Of a stretch of 64,000 nt of DNA, positions 51,662 through 60,070 are shown piece after piece. Each line of letters begins with the position of its first letter. Within the stretch, counting starts at the first letter, position 1. A program made the position numbers and the translations under genes. The notes beneath the pieces are model-generated. The model saw only the letters and a list, made by a program, of their open reading frames with translations. It was not told where the DNA came from and did no database searches. This DNA is from Escherichia phage vB_EcoS_VAH1: sequence record MK373792.1; one strand, 5' to 3'.

Positions 51662-51789
51662 TTATCCACTGTGTAGGAATACTGTATAAATATACAGTAG
51701 GATAAGCTGTGGATAAGTCTGTTGATAACGCTTCAAAATGGCTAGAATTCTGTCAAGGCAAATCGTGCTGTTGATAAGTCTGTGGATAA
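51662..51789. promoter_or_regulatory. cluster of five DnaA-box-like sites plus 16-bp palindrome (copy 2)
   Basis: TTATCCACT (51662-51670), TGTGGATAA (51708-51716, 51781-51789), TGTTGATAA (51720-51728, 51769-51777); palindrome CTGTATAAATATACAG at 51682-51697. Confidence 0.6.
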
Positions 51790-51814
51790 CTTAAATAACA
51801 GTGTTTCTCACTTC

Positions 51815-51980
51815 CATTCTTAAATGAGAATCATTATCATTCGTATTCCACTTTTTAAATGAGAATCATTTCACTTTTTAAATGAGAATCATTTCACTTT
51901 TTAAATGAGAATCATTCCCTTTCTTAAATGCGAATCATTATCATTCGCATTTCACTTTTTAAATGAGATTGATTCTCATT
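51815..51980. repeat. tandem array of about six ~21-bp repeats (consensus TCACTTTTTAAATGAGAATCATT)
   Basis: Direct reading: repeated TTAAATGAGAATCATT cores with sub-repeats CATTATCATTCGCATT. Confidence 0.75.
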
Positions 51981-51999
51981 ATCATTCGCATTCAGGCGA

Positions 52000-52017
52000 G
52001 CAGGGCAATTGCCCTGC
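52000..52017. other. perfect 18-bp palindrome GCAGGGCAATTGCCCTGC
   Basis: Perfect dyad, followed by a short T-run (GCTTTTG). Confidence 0.5.
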
Positions 52018-52022
52018 GCTTT

Positions 52023-52803
52023 TGTGCAAATCCGACATTTGCTCCAAGGGTTACGTGCTGGCGTGTATGTGCGAATCCGACAATTTTTGGTAGTGTGCAA
52101 ATCCGACCCGAAAAATTTTTATAGTGTGCGAATCCGACAATGAATTTTCCCAAAAACTCCAGCAATCACGAACTGCGTTCGAATCCTGTGGGATATGTGC
52201 AAATCCGACACGGTTTTTCTAGGATTAAGATGTGCGAATCCTACAAGATTTTTGTGACTTCGATGAGAGGGTGTGTGATTGTATAGGTTTGAGGAGAAGT
52301 TGAGAGAGCGAGAAAAATTTGGGGAGCTAGAAGGATGTGGGCGCAGGATTGGTGCGAAGCACCTGATTTGCGGGGATTTTGGGGAAGAGTTGAGATAATT
52401 TGGGGAAATTTGAGATAGGTGCAGAAAAAGTAAAATTTTATTAGCAAAATGGGGCAAAATAGCTTGACAAGTGAAAATTCTTGTGGCTCTAAAAACTCAG
52501 GCAATCATGGGCCTTCGGCCCGAAATAATGCTGCTATTTTCAGGAGAGTAAGAGTTCCTAAAAACTTAGGCGTTTGTGCAAATCCGACCATAAATTTCTA
52601 GAAATGCAGTGTGCAAATCCGACAGTAATTTCTGGAAATGTGTTTTCAAAAAATGTCTCCTAGAAATAACCGCCCTCCCTATAACCGCCCTGTATTAAAC
52701 CGCCTAGTATATGTAACGTTGGAGAGAAACTGCCCTAGAATATGTGCAAATCCGATGAATATTTTTGTGCTTATCAATTTCCTAGAATATGTGCAAATCC
52801 GAT
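52023..52803 (+). repeat. dispersed array of ten 15-bp iterons, consensus TGTGC(A/G)AATCCGACA
   Basis: Copies at 52023, 52068, 52095, 52125, 52196, 52231, 52575, 52610, 52743 and 52790, all in the same orientation. The last two lie in a duplicated ~35-bp unit; TGTGCTTATCAATTTCCTAGAA is also duplicated. Confidence 0.75.
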
Positions 52804-53176
52804 GAATATTTTTGTGTGATCTCTAGAATTTGTGCTTATCAATTTCCTAGAAACTTAGGAGTCTAGAAGAAAGTGTTGTGCCATCCTAGCAGATGAGCGG
52901 CAACCGGTGTATCATCTTGAACACAGATATTGCCTTTAAATATTATAAGGTAAATTAAAAGTAAAGTAGCCCCCATTACATGTGTGCTTACTCGTGGGGC
53001 GCGTGATTAATTACGTAAGTCCTCGACTGTCATACCCCTGTTGCTCGGTCGCAAAGAGTTAACGAAGTCTCGTGTAATAATCATCGCCCCTAGAGTTCAA
53101 AACAAGAGTTGTTTTTAATCTATGTGATTATTATAACATGTGCCGCAATGAGTTGTCAAGAAGATTTTGTTAACTT

Positions 53177-53560
53177 TTATTCCTCCTCTTCGAGATTGGT
53201 ATTGGGATCGTAAATTTTCTTGGCTCCTGTATTTAATAGGAATCGCTCTGCAAGTTGTGGGTGAATATCAAAGAACTCTGTGCATCCTTCGAATCCCTTT
53301 AAATTACAGCGGTATTTCTTAAAGTAGATATGAGCAGCGGCTTCTAGATCTCTAGGATTATGGGTTTCATAAATCCCATACACGTATAAATCGTCAAAAC
53401 CTCGATAGACTATCTTATCTAAGTTTAGTGTTTGAATCCTATTATGTGGATTCATACTGATACCGATCTTTGTTCTTTTAGGGATCTTCGTCAGATCCCT
53501 ATTTGCAAGAATATATACTTTATATAGTGACATTCTTTCTAGCCTTGAGTTTGATACCAA
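53177..53560 (-). CDS. T5orf172 (GIY-YIG-like) domain protein
   Basis: KVYILANRD...KIGIS...RIQTLNLD...YVYGIYETHNP...GCTEFFDIH matches the T5orf172 domain pattern; TTG/ATG start ambiguous. Confidence 0.6.
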   Translation of the reverse strand: MVSNSRLERMSLYKVYILANRDLTKIPKRTKIGISMNPHNRIQTLNLDKIVYRGFDDLYVYGIYETHNPRDLEAAAHIYFKKYRCNLKGFEGCTEFFDIHPQLAERFLLNTGAKKIYDPNTNLEEEE

Positions 53561-54236
53561 GAGATGCGAAGTAGATATAAGTTGCTAAATAGGACATAGC
53601 AGATCCTGTCTCTTCGTAAGAGAGAGTTCCTTTCACGTACCTCTTATATTCTGGCTCTAGATTAATAATCGTAGTACTTGGCAATCCTAGCGAATTACAT
53701 AATGATTTGAATGTTTCTTTATCTCTATGAATCGCATAGTGAATGGCTTTCTCCATTGGAGTTAACTCTAGATCTTTGGTAATGGCTACATGCAAACTCG
53801 CTATAGTCATGCCAATCCCACGATACGTTTCTTCTTTATTAAGGGAAGGTCTCTGTTTTTCTAGCTCAGGAAGATGTGCAAATTCTCCCTTCTTTCTAGG
53901 AATCTTATCATCACTAAGTAATGCTGTTAAGAAATCTGTTTCTTCATAGGCTGGGAGCACTTCATCAATTAATACTAGAATAGAGCTAGCATTGATACCT
54001 TTCGCACTAGGATCTAAAGATTTTAATGCTTTATTAGTTTCAACGTAGGAGCCTGCTAACACAACTTTTGAGCTATTCCGATCATATTTAATTTTATTCG
54101 CTTCCCAACGCGCAGGACGATAATCAGATAGAAACATTACCGCATACTTTTGTTCATCTGTTAGCTCGGAGAAACATTTCTGGTTTGATTCTTTTGCTAG
54201 CGCAATAAGGTGCTTTAGTTTTTCTGCTTTATTCAT
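53520..54236 (-). CDS. hypothetical protein (possibly the N-terminal part of the T5orf172 protein)
   Basis: 238-aa ORF overlapping the downstream ORF by 41 nt in another frame. Confidence 0.5.
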   Translation of the reverse strand: MNKAEKLKHLIALAKESNQKCFSELTDEQKYAVMFLSDYRPARWEANKIKYDRNSSKVVLAGSYVETNKALKSLDPSAKGINASSILVLIDEVLPAYEETDFLTALLSDDKIPRKKGEFAHLPELEKQRPSLNKEETYRGIGMTIASLHVAITKDLELTPMEKAIHYAIHRDKETFKSLCNSLGLPSTTIINLEPEYKRYVKGTLSYEETGSAMSYLATYIYFASLGIKLKARKNVTI

Positions 54237-54238
54237 TG

Positions 54239-54628
54239 TTAGACCTCCTGAGCTTTATCTTCTGTATAGAAATCTTCGGTAGCTTGATAATGTAATGTAA
54301 AGAATTCAAAAGACAGGCAATCTGATGCTGTATTTTGAATGTATCTTAATTCATTAATAAAGGATTCTTTGAAGATCTTACGGTTAGGTTTTAGTTCTAT
54401 CAGTTGGTTAATAAGCTCATCGATTAATTCTATTGCATCATCTATATACTCATCCATAAATACTGGGGATTCATAGATTATTTCTTCAACTCCGTTAGTA
54501 ACTAAAGCGACTACAATTACCTCTCCCGTAGTTTCTTCAGGGTAAAGATAACCTGAATCTACTTTACGAACAGTAACGCGAGTTTGGCTAGTAATTTGAC
54601 GATTTATAGCAATAATATAATGTAACAT
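54239..54628 (-). CDS. hypothetical acidic protein
   Basis: 129-aa ORF. Confidence 0.5.
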   Translation of the reverse strand: MLHYIIAINRQITSQTRVTVRKVDSGYLYPEETTGEVIVVALVTNGVEEIIYESPVFMDEYIDDAIELIDELINQLIELKPNRKIFKESFINELRYIQNTASDCLSFEFFTLHYQATEDFYTEDKAQEV

Positions 54629-54702
54629 AAATTCTCCTAATATGCCTCTCCTATTAAAAGGTCTGGAGAGGCGTAGACCTATAAATTAGTTAACGATCTT
54701 TA

Positions 54703-55296
54703 TTAATCCTTTTTACTTTCGTTAATAACAGCTCCCAGTGCTTCCATAATTGTATCTTCTAGACTTCCATGTTTATCAGGATTGCTTAAGTGAATAGTAT
54801 ATGAGTTCCTAGAAACTCCAGAGTCCACAGGTGCTACGCTTTTCATGTCAGATTCAAAAGCTTCTTGAGTATGTTTCAACTGTGCAGAAGGTCCATAATC
54901 TTCACCAAACTTATATGACTGCGTACTACTTACCACACCCCCACAAGGAACATTGTGCAAATCCGATGATTTATTTAGCATTGAGATTGTCCCTGACTGC
55001 CACGGATCTCTAATAGTCACAGGAGTACTAGGACGGTTCACCTCAGTCTTCACGAGTTTATAGCCAGCATCTATTAATGCGTTAATAAGGTTATCAGCTG
55101 GAATGCGAGCCTTGCCAAAAATCTCACGAGCGTTGTTGAGCCTACCTTCAAAACCTTTACATGCTCTAATATTAGTGTGTGCAAAGGTTAGCTTCATAGA
55201 TTTGAATTGTACAGTAGCAGTTAAATCTTTAAAGCTATAATCCCATGTGTTCAGTTCATGGTCTGGTACTACTTGAATAGGTTGTTGTGTAAACAT
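54703..55296 (-). CDS. hypothetical protein
   Basis: 197-aa ORF. Confidence 0.5.
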   Translation of the reverse strand: MFTQQPIQVVPDHELNTWDYSFKDLTATVQFKSMKLTFAHTNIRACKGFEGRLNNAREIFGKARIPADNLINALIDAGYKLVKTEVNRPSTPVTIRDPWQSGTISMLNKSSDLHNVPCGGVVSSTQSYKFGEDYGPSAQLKHTQEAFESDMKSVAPVDSGVSRNSYTIHLSNPDKHGSLEDTIMEALGAVINESKKD

Positions 55297-55481
55297 TATT
55301 TATTCTCCAGTTTGTCTAACAGTTTATGGGCTGCTAGATTATATTGTTTGAGTTCACGATTAAGGATTTGGTTCTCACACTTTAGTTCTATGTTCTCCTT
55401 ATTAAGAATACTACAGATTAATAGGAGTGCTAATATAACTACTAACGAACCTACGAGCATTAAAAGAAAAAGAGTTTCCAT
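55296..55481 (-). CDS. small membrane protein
   Basis: 61 aa; TM helix plus coiled-coil tail. Confidence 0.4.
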   Translation of the reverse strand: METLFLLMLVGSLVVILALLLICSILNKENIELKCENQILNRELKQYNLAAHKLLDKLENK

Positions 55482-55714
55482 TATTTAATTCCCATATAGC
55501 GTTTGAGATACGTGATGAAGTCTTCCGCTGTATGCGCTACGCTACCTTGAGCTACAAATACTTTTAAGGTCGCTCGCTGTAGTTTAAGGGTAGCCAACTC
55601 ACCACGTAATTTTGTTATATCTTCAGCTAGTTCTCTAGCTCTGCGCATAATAGCAAATGATACAAATGTTACAATAAATAACATAACTGCTAAAATAATT
55701 ACTATGATCTCCAT
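55481..55714 (-). CDS. small membrane protein
   Basis: 77 aa; N-terminal TM helix. Confidence 0.4.
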   Translation of the reverse strand: MEIIVIILAVMLFIVTFVSFAIMRRARELAEDITKLRGELATLKLQRATLKVFVAQGSVAHTAEDFITYLKRYMGIK

Positions 55715-55992
55715 ATTAACATCCAGCTCTTATCGTATATTTGGGCATGTTCTACTAATTCATTTATCGATGTAGAATTATCGTAGATACCCTCTAGTAA
55801 ACGTTTTCTGTCAAATTTATCAACCAAGTACTCTGTGCCATTTATCACTACCCTATACAGCTCTGGAACTAAGGGGTGTTTGTTTGGTATTGGACGACTA
55901 CCTAAGTCTATTTCATTATACCCCCACGTTGTTTTAAATAGTTTATTACTAAGTGCTGCTAGTGGGTTTGACCATACAATATAGCTACTCAC
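55702..55992 (-). CDS. hypothetical protein
   Basis: 96-aa ORF. Confidence 0.45.
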   Translation of the reverse strand: MSSYIVWSNPLAALSNKLFKTTWGYNEIDLGSRPIPNKHPLVPELYRVVINGTEYLVDKFDRKRLLEGIYDNSTSINELVEHAQIYDKSWMLIWRS

Positions 55993-56431
55993 TACTTATC
56001 TCCATTCTTAACTTTGAAAACTTATTATACCAAACTATGTGATTATCGTCAATTACAAATTTATGGTAACATGCTGGTACGGTATAAGTTCCATAATCCG
56101 TGACACGCTGCACAACCTTGTGTGCACACAGTCGACACCCATGCCCTTCTAAATGAGATCTAGCAGTTTGCCAGTAATAACCATCATGATCTGGACAATA
56201 GATCTCGACTTGCTGTTGCATTGTCTTATAATTTACACGCTCATACCCGAAGAAAGCTCCATGAGCTGCAATGGCTTTCTTGATAAATATAAGGTTTAGT
56301 GCTTCTTGTTGAAAGTCGGGGTGTAGTTGCTTAATCTTAGTTCTATTAATAGACCCATCCGATTTGATGAACCTATTTATTGGGAAGTTGTTAGCTTCCT
56401 CGATTAATAATTCATTTACTTTCTCTCTCAT
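55985..56431 (-). CDS. hypothetical Cys/His-rich protein (putative zinc-binding)
   Basis: CPDHDGYYWQ...HGCRLCAH; start set at the internal ATG at 56429-56431, 2 nt downstream of the upstream gene's stop codon. Confidence 0.45.
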   Translation of the reverse strand: MREKVNELLIEEANNFPINRFIKSDGSINRTKIKQLHPDFQQEALNLIFIKKAIAAHGAFFGYERVNYKTMQQQVEIYCPDHDGYYWQTARSHLEGHGCRLCAHKVVQRVTDYGTYTVPACYHKFVIDDNHIVWYNKFSKLRMEISSE

Positions 56432-56432
56432 A

Positions 56433-56636
56433 TTATATACTCTCACAACTAAGGTGGAAACATTCGTAAGCATCCCCAGTAAACTCTTTATCTTGTAATA
56501 AGCACTTAGCCTGGTCTTCCGGTACTCCAGCATCTAATAATTGTTGTTTACTTGGCTTTTCAGCGAATACTTTTACAAAGTACTCACCATCTTGATTATA
56601 CTCATTTATATCTCTAGTAAGGACATATACTTGCAT
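56433..56636 (-). CDS. hypothetical small protein
   Basis: 67-aa ORF. Confidence 0.4.
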   Translation of the reverse strand: MQVYVLTRDINEYNQDGEYFVKVFAEKPSKQQLLDAGVPEDQAKCLLQDKEFTGDAYECFHLSCESI

Positions 56637-56692
56637 TTGAAGTTCCTTAAAAACATAAAAGGCCAGAACAACTAAGTCCTGGCCTCCTAAAA

Positions 56693-57064
56693 TTAATGAA
56701 GCTGTTTACCACTTCTTAACATAGTGGCCGTTTCCATAAGACCTAGCGTAGCATCACGCTTATTGATCTGTTTACCAAGTTCATCAGTACGTTTACTGAT
56801 GTAAGCATTAATAGCCATATTCATAGCTGTAGCGAGATCTTCTTTGGTTATCTCTTCATCGTCTAAAGCTAATTTAGCCAAAGAATCAAATGTGCTAGAG
56901 AGTCCTATAAGATCTGAGGTTTCTCCCGCCAAAATAAGATTAATATTATCTACTGTTACTTCTAGCATGGAGTTGACAATATCTTCACCGTCTATTAGAC
57001 CAGTTTCAATATTACTCTCCCACTCCTTCATCTGCTCCAATAATGGATTTTTCTTTTCTGTCAT
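56693..57064 (-). CDS. hypothetical protein
   Basis: Start set at the Met of MTEKKNPLLEQ; the ORF-track start at 57130 overlaps the upstream gene. Confidence 0.45.
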   Translation of the reverse strand: MTEKKNPLLEQMKEWESNIETGLIDGEDIVNSMLEVTVDNINLILAGETSDLIGLSSTFDSLAKLALDDEEITKEDLATAMNMAINAYISKRTDELGKQINKRDATLGLMETATMLRSGKQLH

Positions 57065-57473
57065 GGTAGAGGTTTCCTGTGTCAGTCGGTAAGAATGATG
57101 ATTGCGTTTTAGGTGGGTGTTGTTTAGCAATCCAGTTAAGAATCAGCACGCGACTAGGAACAATATCGGTATTATACCAAAAATCGTGAACCCATTGACG
57201 AGCATCTTCAAACTTACCAAATTTATATGCTTTCTTAAACAATTCAAATCCAAAACAATCTGGTGTAAAATCTACTTCGCGATATTGAATTACTTTAGAA
57301 CCAGTTAGGTCTTGTATCGCTGCATTAATTTCTGTATGTGAGAATTTTGTTTCATGAAACTTATTAAAGAATCGGTAGTTGAAGCGTCCGTTCGTTTCGA
57401 CAAACAACTGGATGAAAAGATCGTTAAATTGGTTATCAAACCAGTAATTCTGTAGTTGTTGTAGTGCTGTCAT
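57012..57473 (-). CDS. hypothetical protein
   Basis: 153-aa ORF. Confidence 0.45.
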   Translation of the reverse strand: MTALQQLQNYWFDNQFNDLFIQLFVETNGRFNYRFFNKFHETKFSHTEINAAIQDLTGSKVIQYREVDFTPDCFGFELFKKAYKFGKFEDARQWVHDFWYNTDIVPSRVLILNWIAKQHPPKTQSSFLPTDTGNLYHDRKEKSIIGADEGVGE

Positions 57474-57670
57474 TTACGAACCCCGTTAATCGCCATAATG
57501 ATGCCTTCATACATAAAAGGAAGTAACCCAGAAGTATAGAATATATTTTCTGTTATTTCTAGATGTCGAAAAAGTATATTAAATAATGCTGTTAGAAATA
57601 CAATCTGAGGCAGTAATACAAAATACTCAGTTACAATCTTTGGTGCCTGATAAACAAGACGTTTTACCAT
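57470..57670 (-). CDS. small membrane protein
   Basis: 66 aa, hydrophobic. Confidence 0.4.
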   Translation of the reverse strand: MVKRLVYQAPKIVTEYFVLLPQIVFLTALFNILFRHLEITENIFYTSGLLPFMYEGIIMAINGVRK

Positions 57671-57769
57671 TGTTTTTAAGTCTCCTTATTACTTTGGCCT
57701 GCTCCACAATAATGAAAACTGCGAGCACTAATAGTGCTATTAGCCCCGCAGTAATTGGTACTAAATCAA

Positions 57770-58096
57770 TCATGGGAGACGCCATACATAATTAGCTGTC
57801 TGTAGAACCTTAGGTGTGTCATCATGGTACATTACTACAGACTTTGGTGAATAACTATCAGCTAGTTCTTTACGAATCATCTTACATTCTTCACCAGTAT
57901 CGATATTTTTAACTATCACTTTCATATTAAGAGGTGTTAATACAGAAAGCGGTTTCCAGGAGTCCTCAATCTCAATTCCTACCTTTTTCTCGATTACCGT
58001 GAGAACTTCTAGTGTATCATCTGGAATACTAATATTATTATTCACAAACTGTAATATCTCATGTAAGGTATTTAATTCATTAAAATTAAGCTTCAT
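57770..58096 (-). CDS. hypothetical protein
   Basis: 108-aa ORF. Confidence 0.5.
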   Translation of the reverse strand: MKLNFNELNTLHEILQFVNNNISIPDDTLEVLTVIEKKVGIEIEDSWKPLSVLTPLNMKVIVKNIDTGEECKMIRKELADSYSPKSVVMYHDDTPKVLQTANYVWRLP

Positions 58097-58301
58097 CTTT
58101 AAGAATATCCTCTACCATATCACAGGACTGTTGCAATTCGTCAGCAATACGTTTAATATCGGTTTTTGTTACTTTACCAACTAACATCACCAGTAACATA
58201 GAAAAGATAATAAGTGGAACTGGAATAACAAATAAAGCTACCTTAACAACATTCTTTGGCGTCCATGTGTGGTACTTGGTAACCAGTACACCAAACCACA
58301 A
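58086..58301 (-). CDS. small membrane protein
   Basis: 71 aa with a TM segment. Confidence 0.4.
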   Translation of the reverse strand: MWFGVLVTKYHTWTPKNVVKVALFVIPVPLIIFSMLLVMLVGKVTKTDIKRIADELQQSCDMVEDILKDEA

Positions 58302-58336
58302 TCAAATAAAACGCTAGAATAAACATCATCATTTTT

Positions 58337-58612
58337 TTAATCTCCGTAATTATCTGAGCACGCATCATCACTTTTTGGTAATTTTGTATTCCCAGCTATT
58401 GCTTCAATATTGTTTAGTTTTTCTTTTAGAATATCTGAGCGTCTCTGTGCTAGTTCAATATCTTGTTCTTGTTCTATTAAGCGGCAGTGAAGTCCATCAT
58501 TAGTAATAAGCATACTTTCCATGTTTTTTCGTGCGTTTACAATCCCAATAACTCCACCAATCGCTACTAGTGTAGTAAGAACTAGTAACCCAATAAGAAT
58601 TTCTGTAATCAT
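58337..58612 (-). CDS. small membrane protein
   Basis: 91 aa; N-terminal TM helix. Confidence 0.45.
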   Translation of the reverse strand: MITEILIGLLVLTTLVAIGGVIGIVNARKNMESMLITNDGLHCRLIEQEQDIELAQRRSDILKEKLNNIEAIAGNTKLPKSDDACSDNYGD

Positions 58613-59148
58613 TTATTTAATTCCTCTAAAGTAGGTAAGGGTTTTGTATGATCAAAAGTTTCTATAACAGCGTTAGGCCCATGTAGTTCTAAACGTAGTT
58701 CATTAGCTCTTTGAACTGCCAACTCTAAATCTAGATACCTAAAGTAGCCTCCGTGTACTGTAATGCTTTCGGCGCTTCTGGCCTGGACTCTCCATTGTTG
58801 TCGATCTTTTTTCCAGGTAACTCCTAAGTATCCCCGAATTAGATTGAGCGATTCTGCTACGATTATTCTCTTGGGACGTACAATCTTTTAAATTACACCA
58901 TTATTATCTTTTCTTATATTATTTAAGTGGTGTACTAGATTTGGAATATACCCCTCCATGTACAAAAAAGCTAACCTATGGGCTGCATATCTTTTTCTAT
59001 TTATTCCAATAAATATATATAACCATCCTTATCAGGACTACCAGCAATACTACCTGCTTTACCTCGCCCTCTACTGACTTTCCTTATAAATTCGCCCGTT
59101 TCCGGGCGGTATTCAAATAGCTCTTTTAATCTTTCTTGTGTTATCATT
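58613..59148 (-). pseudogene. degenerate HNH homing endonuclease (MITQERLKEL family) with multiple frameshifts/stops
   Basis: Minus-strand translation from ATG 59146-59148 gives MITQERLKELFEYRPETGEFIRKVSRGRGKAGSIAGS... then a stop; HNH-like pieces (AHRLAFLYMEGYIPNLVHH, KDRQQWRVQ..., ...LELHGPNAV) continue in other frames. Confidence 0.6.
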
Positions 59149-59374
59149 TTTTCTTTAATTGCTTAACTTCACGCTCAAAGCTAGCCGCTCGTCGTTCTGC
59201 CACTGCTTGATGCTCCTTAGCAAAGCGTGCCTCTTGTTTTGCTAAGTTAAAGGCCATAGCGTTCTTGTTAAGAGAATCGTACATCTTCTTCATCGCCGGA
59301 ATAGACATTTTCATCAGTTGCCCCTCAAATCCTTGCATATCGAGGAGAATTGCCAGAACGTTAGCCATTTTCAT
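59144..59374 (-). CDS. hypothetical protein
   Basis: 76-aa ORF. Confidence 0.45.
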   Translation of the reverse strand: MKMANVLAILLDMQGFEGQLMKMSIPAMKKMYDSLNKNAMAFNLAKQEARFAKEHQAVAERRAASFEREVKQLKKK

Positions 59375-59471
59375 TTTTAGTCATGTTTTCCATTAGAATT
59401 TCCTCTCTCATTAATTTATGAACTTATTATACAGAATTTTAAGGCTTAAAGCAACTGAATTTTTTAATTAC

Positions 59472-59903
59472 TTACCAATCGTTAACAACACCAGAGAACT
59501 CAGAAGCAAAAACTTTTTCAAATTTTTCTGCAATTTCAGGATGATCTTTGCAGATCAGCTCAATGCATGCTTCTGGAGTCATTCCTTCATCTTCAGGATC
59601 ACCATAGTATTTATCCCAAAGATCATCGGGAATGATATGCTCTGCCAAATCTTGGAAAGAGATTAACTGATAACGTTCTGCCTCCTCAGCGATAAGAATT
59701 TCGCACAGATCTTTATCTATATCGCTACGATAATCCGCAATTAATAAGGCATTGCAAGCATGACATTCCCAGACCATCAAACGTTCAGAGATAGGATTAG
59801 ACTTATCCTGAACGTAAGACTGGAACAAGGTTCGGAAAGTTGCCTTAACTTGTTCAAACTTATCTGCTGCTGCGAAAACTAGAGCTTTATCAACTTTGTT
59901 CAT
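59472..59903 (-). CDS. hypothetical acidic protein
   Basis: 143-aa ORF. Confidence 0.5.
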   Translation of the reverse strand: MNKVDKALVFAAADKFEQVKATFRTLFQSYVQDKSNPISERLMVWECHACNALLIADYRSDIDKDLCEILIAEEAERYQLISFQDLAEHIIPDDLWDKYYGDPEDEGMTPEACIELICKDHPEIAEKFEKVFASEFSGVVNDW

Positions 59904-60070
59904 TTTGATTCCTTCTCATCAATTTATAAAGTAATTATACAGAAACTTAAGCATTTTAGCAAATAAAACTTTCAATTAAAATGCCTAATCCTGTGCCAAT
60001 AGCAATACAAATGATTATAAGTATTGCTATCGCTTGTATGCTTCGTTTAATAATAGCCTCAGCTATATAC

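Noticed and set aside
52119-52504. ORFs 52119..52457 and 52241..52504 (-)
   Set aside because: They fall in the purine-rich/iteron region; the translation is Pro/Ser/Leu-rich low complexity with no RBS, so the open frames likely reflect compositional bias.
52023-52803. Possible CRISPR array, given the repeated 15-mers
   Set aside because: Spacing is irregular (27-365 bp), the repeats are short and not interleaved with uniform spacers, and there are no cas genes.
52860-53176. Possible tRNA or small RNA in the 300-bp gap after the early operon
   Set aside because: No cloverleaf with a GTTC T-loop and matching acceptor stem could be built by eye; only a weak AT-rich hairpin (CAAAACAA-GAG-TTGTTTT). 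Left unannotated pending an RNA-finding program.
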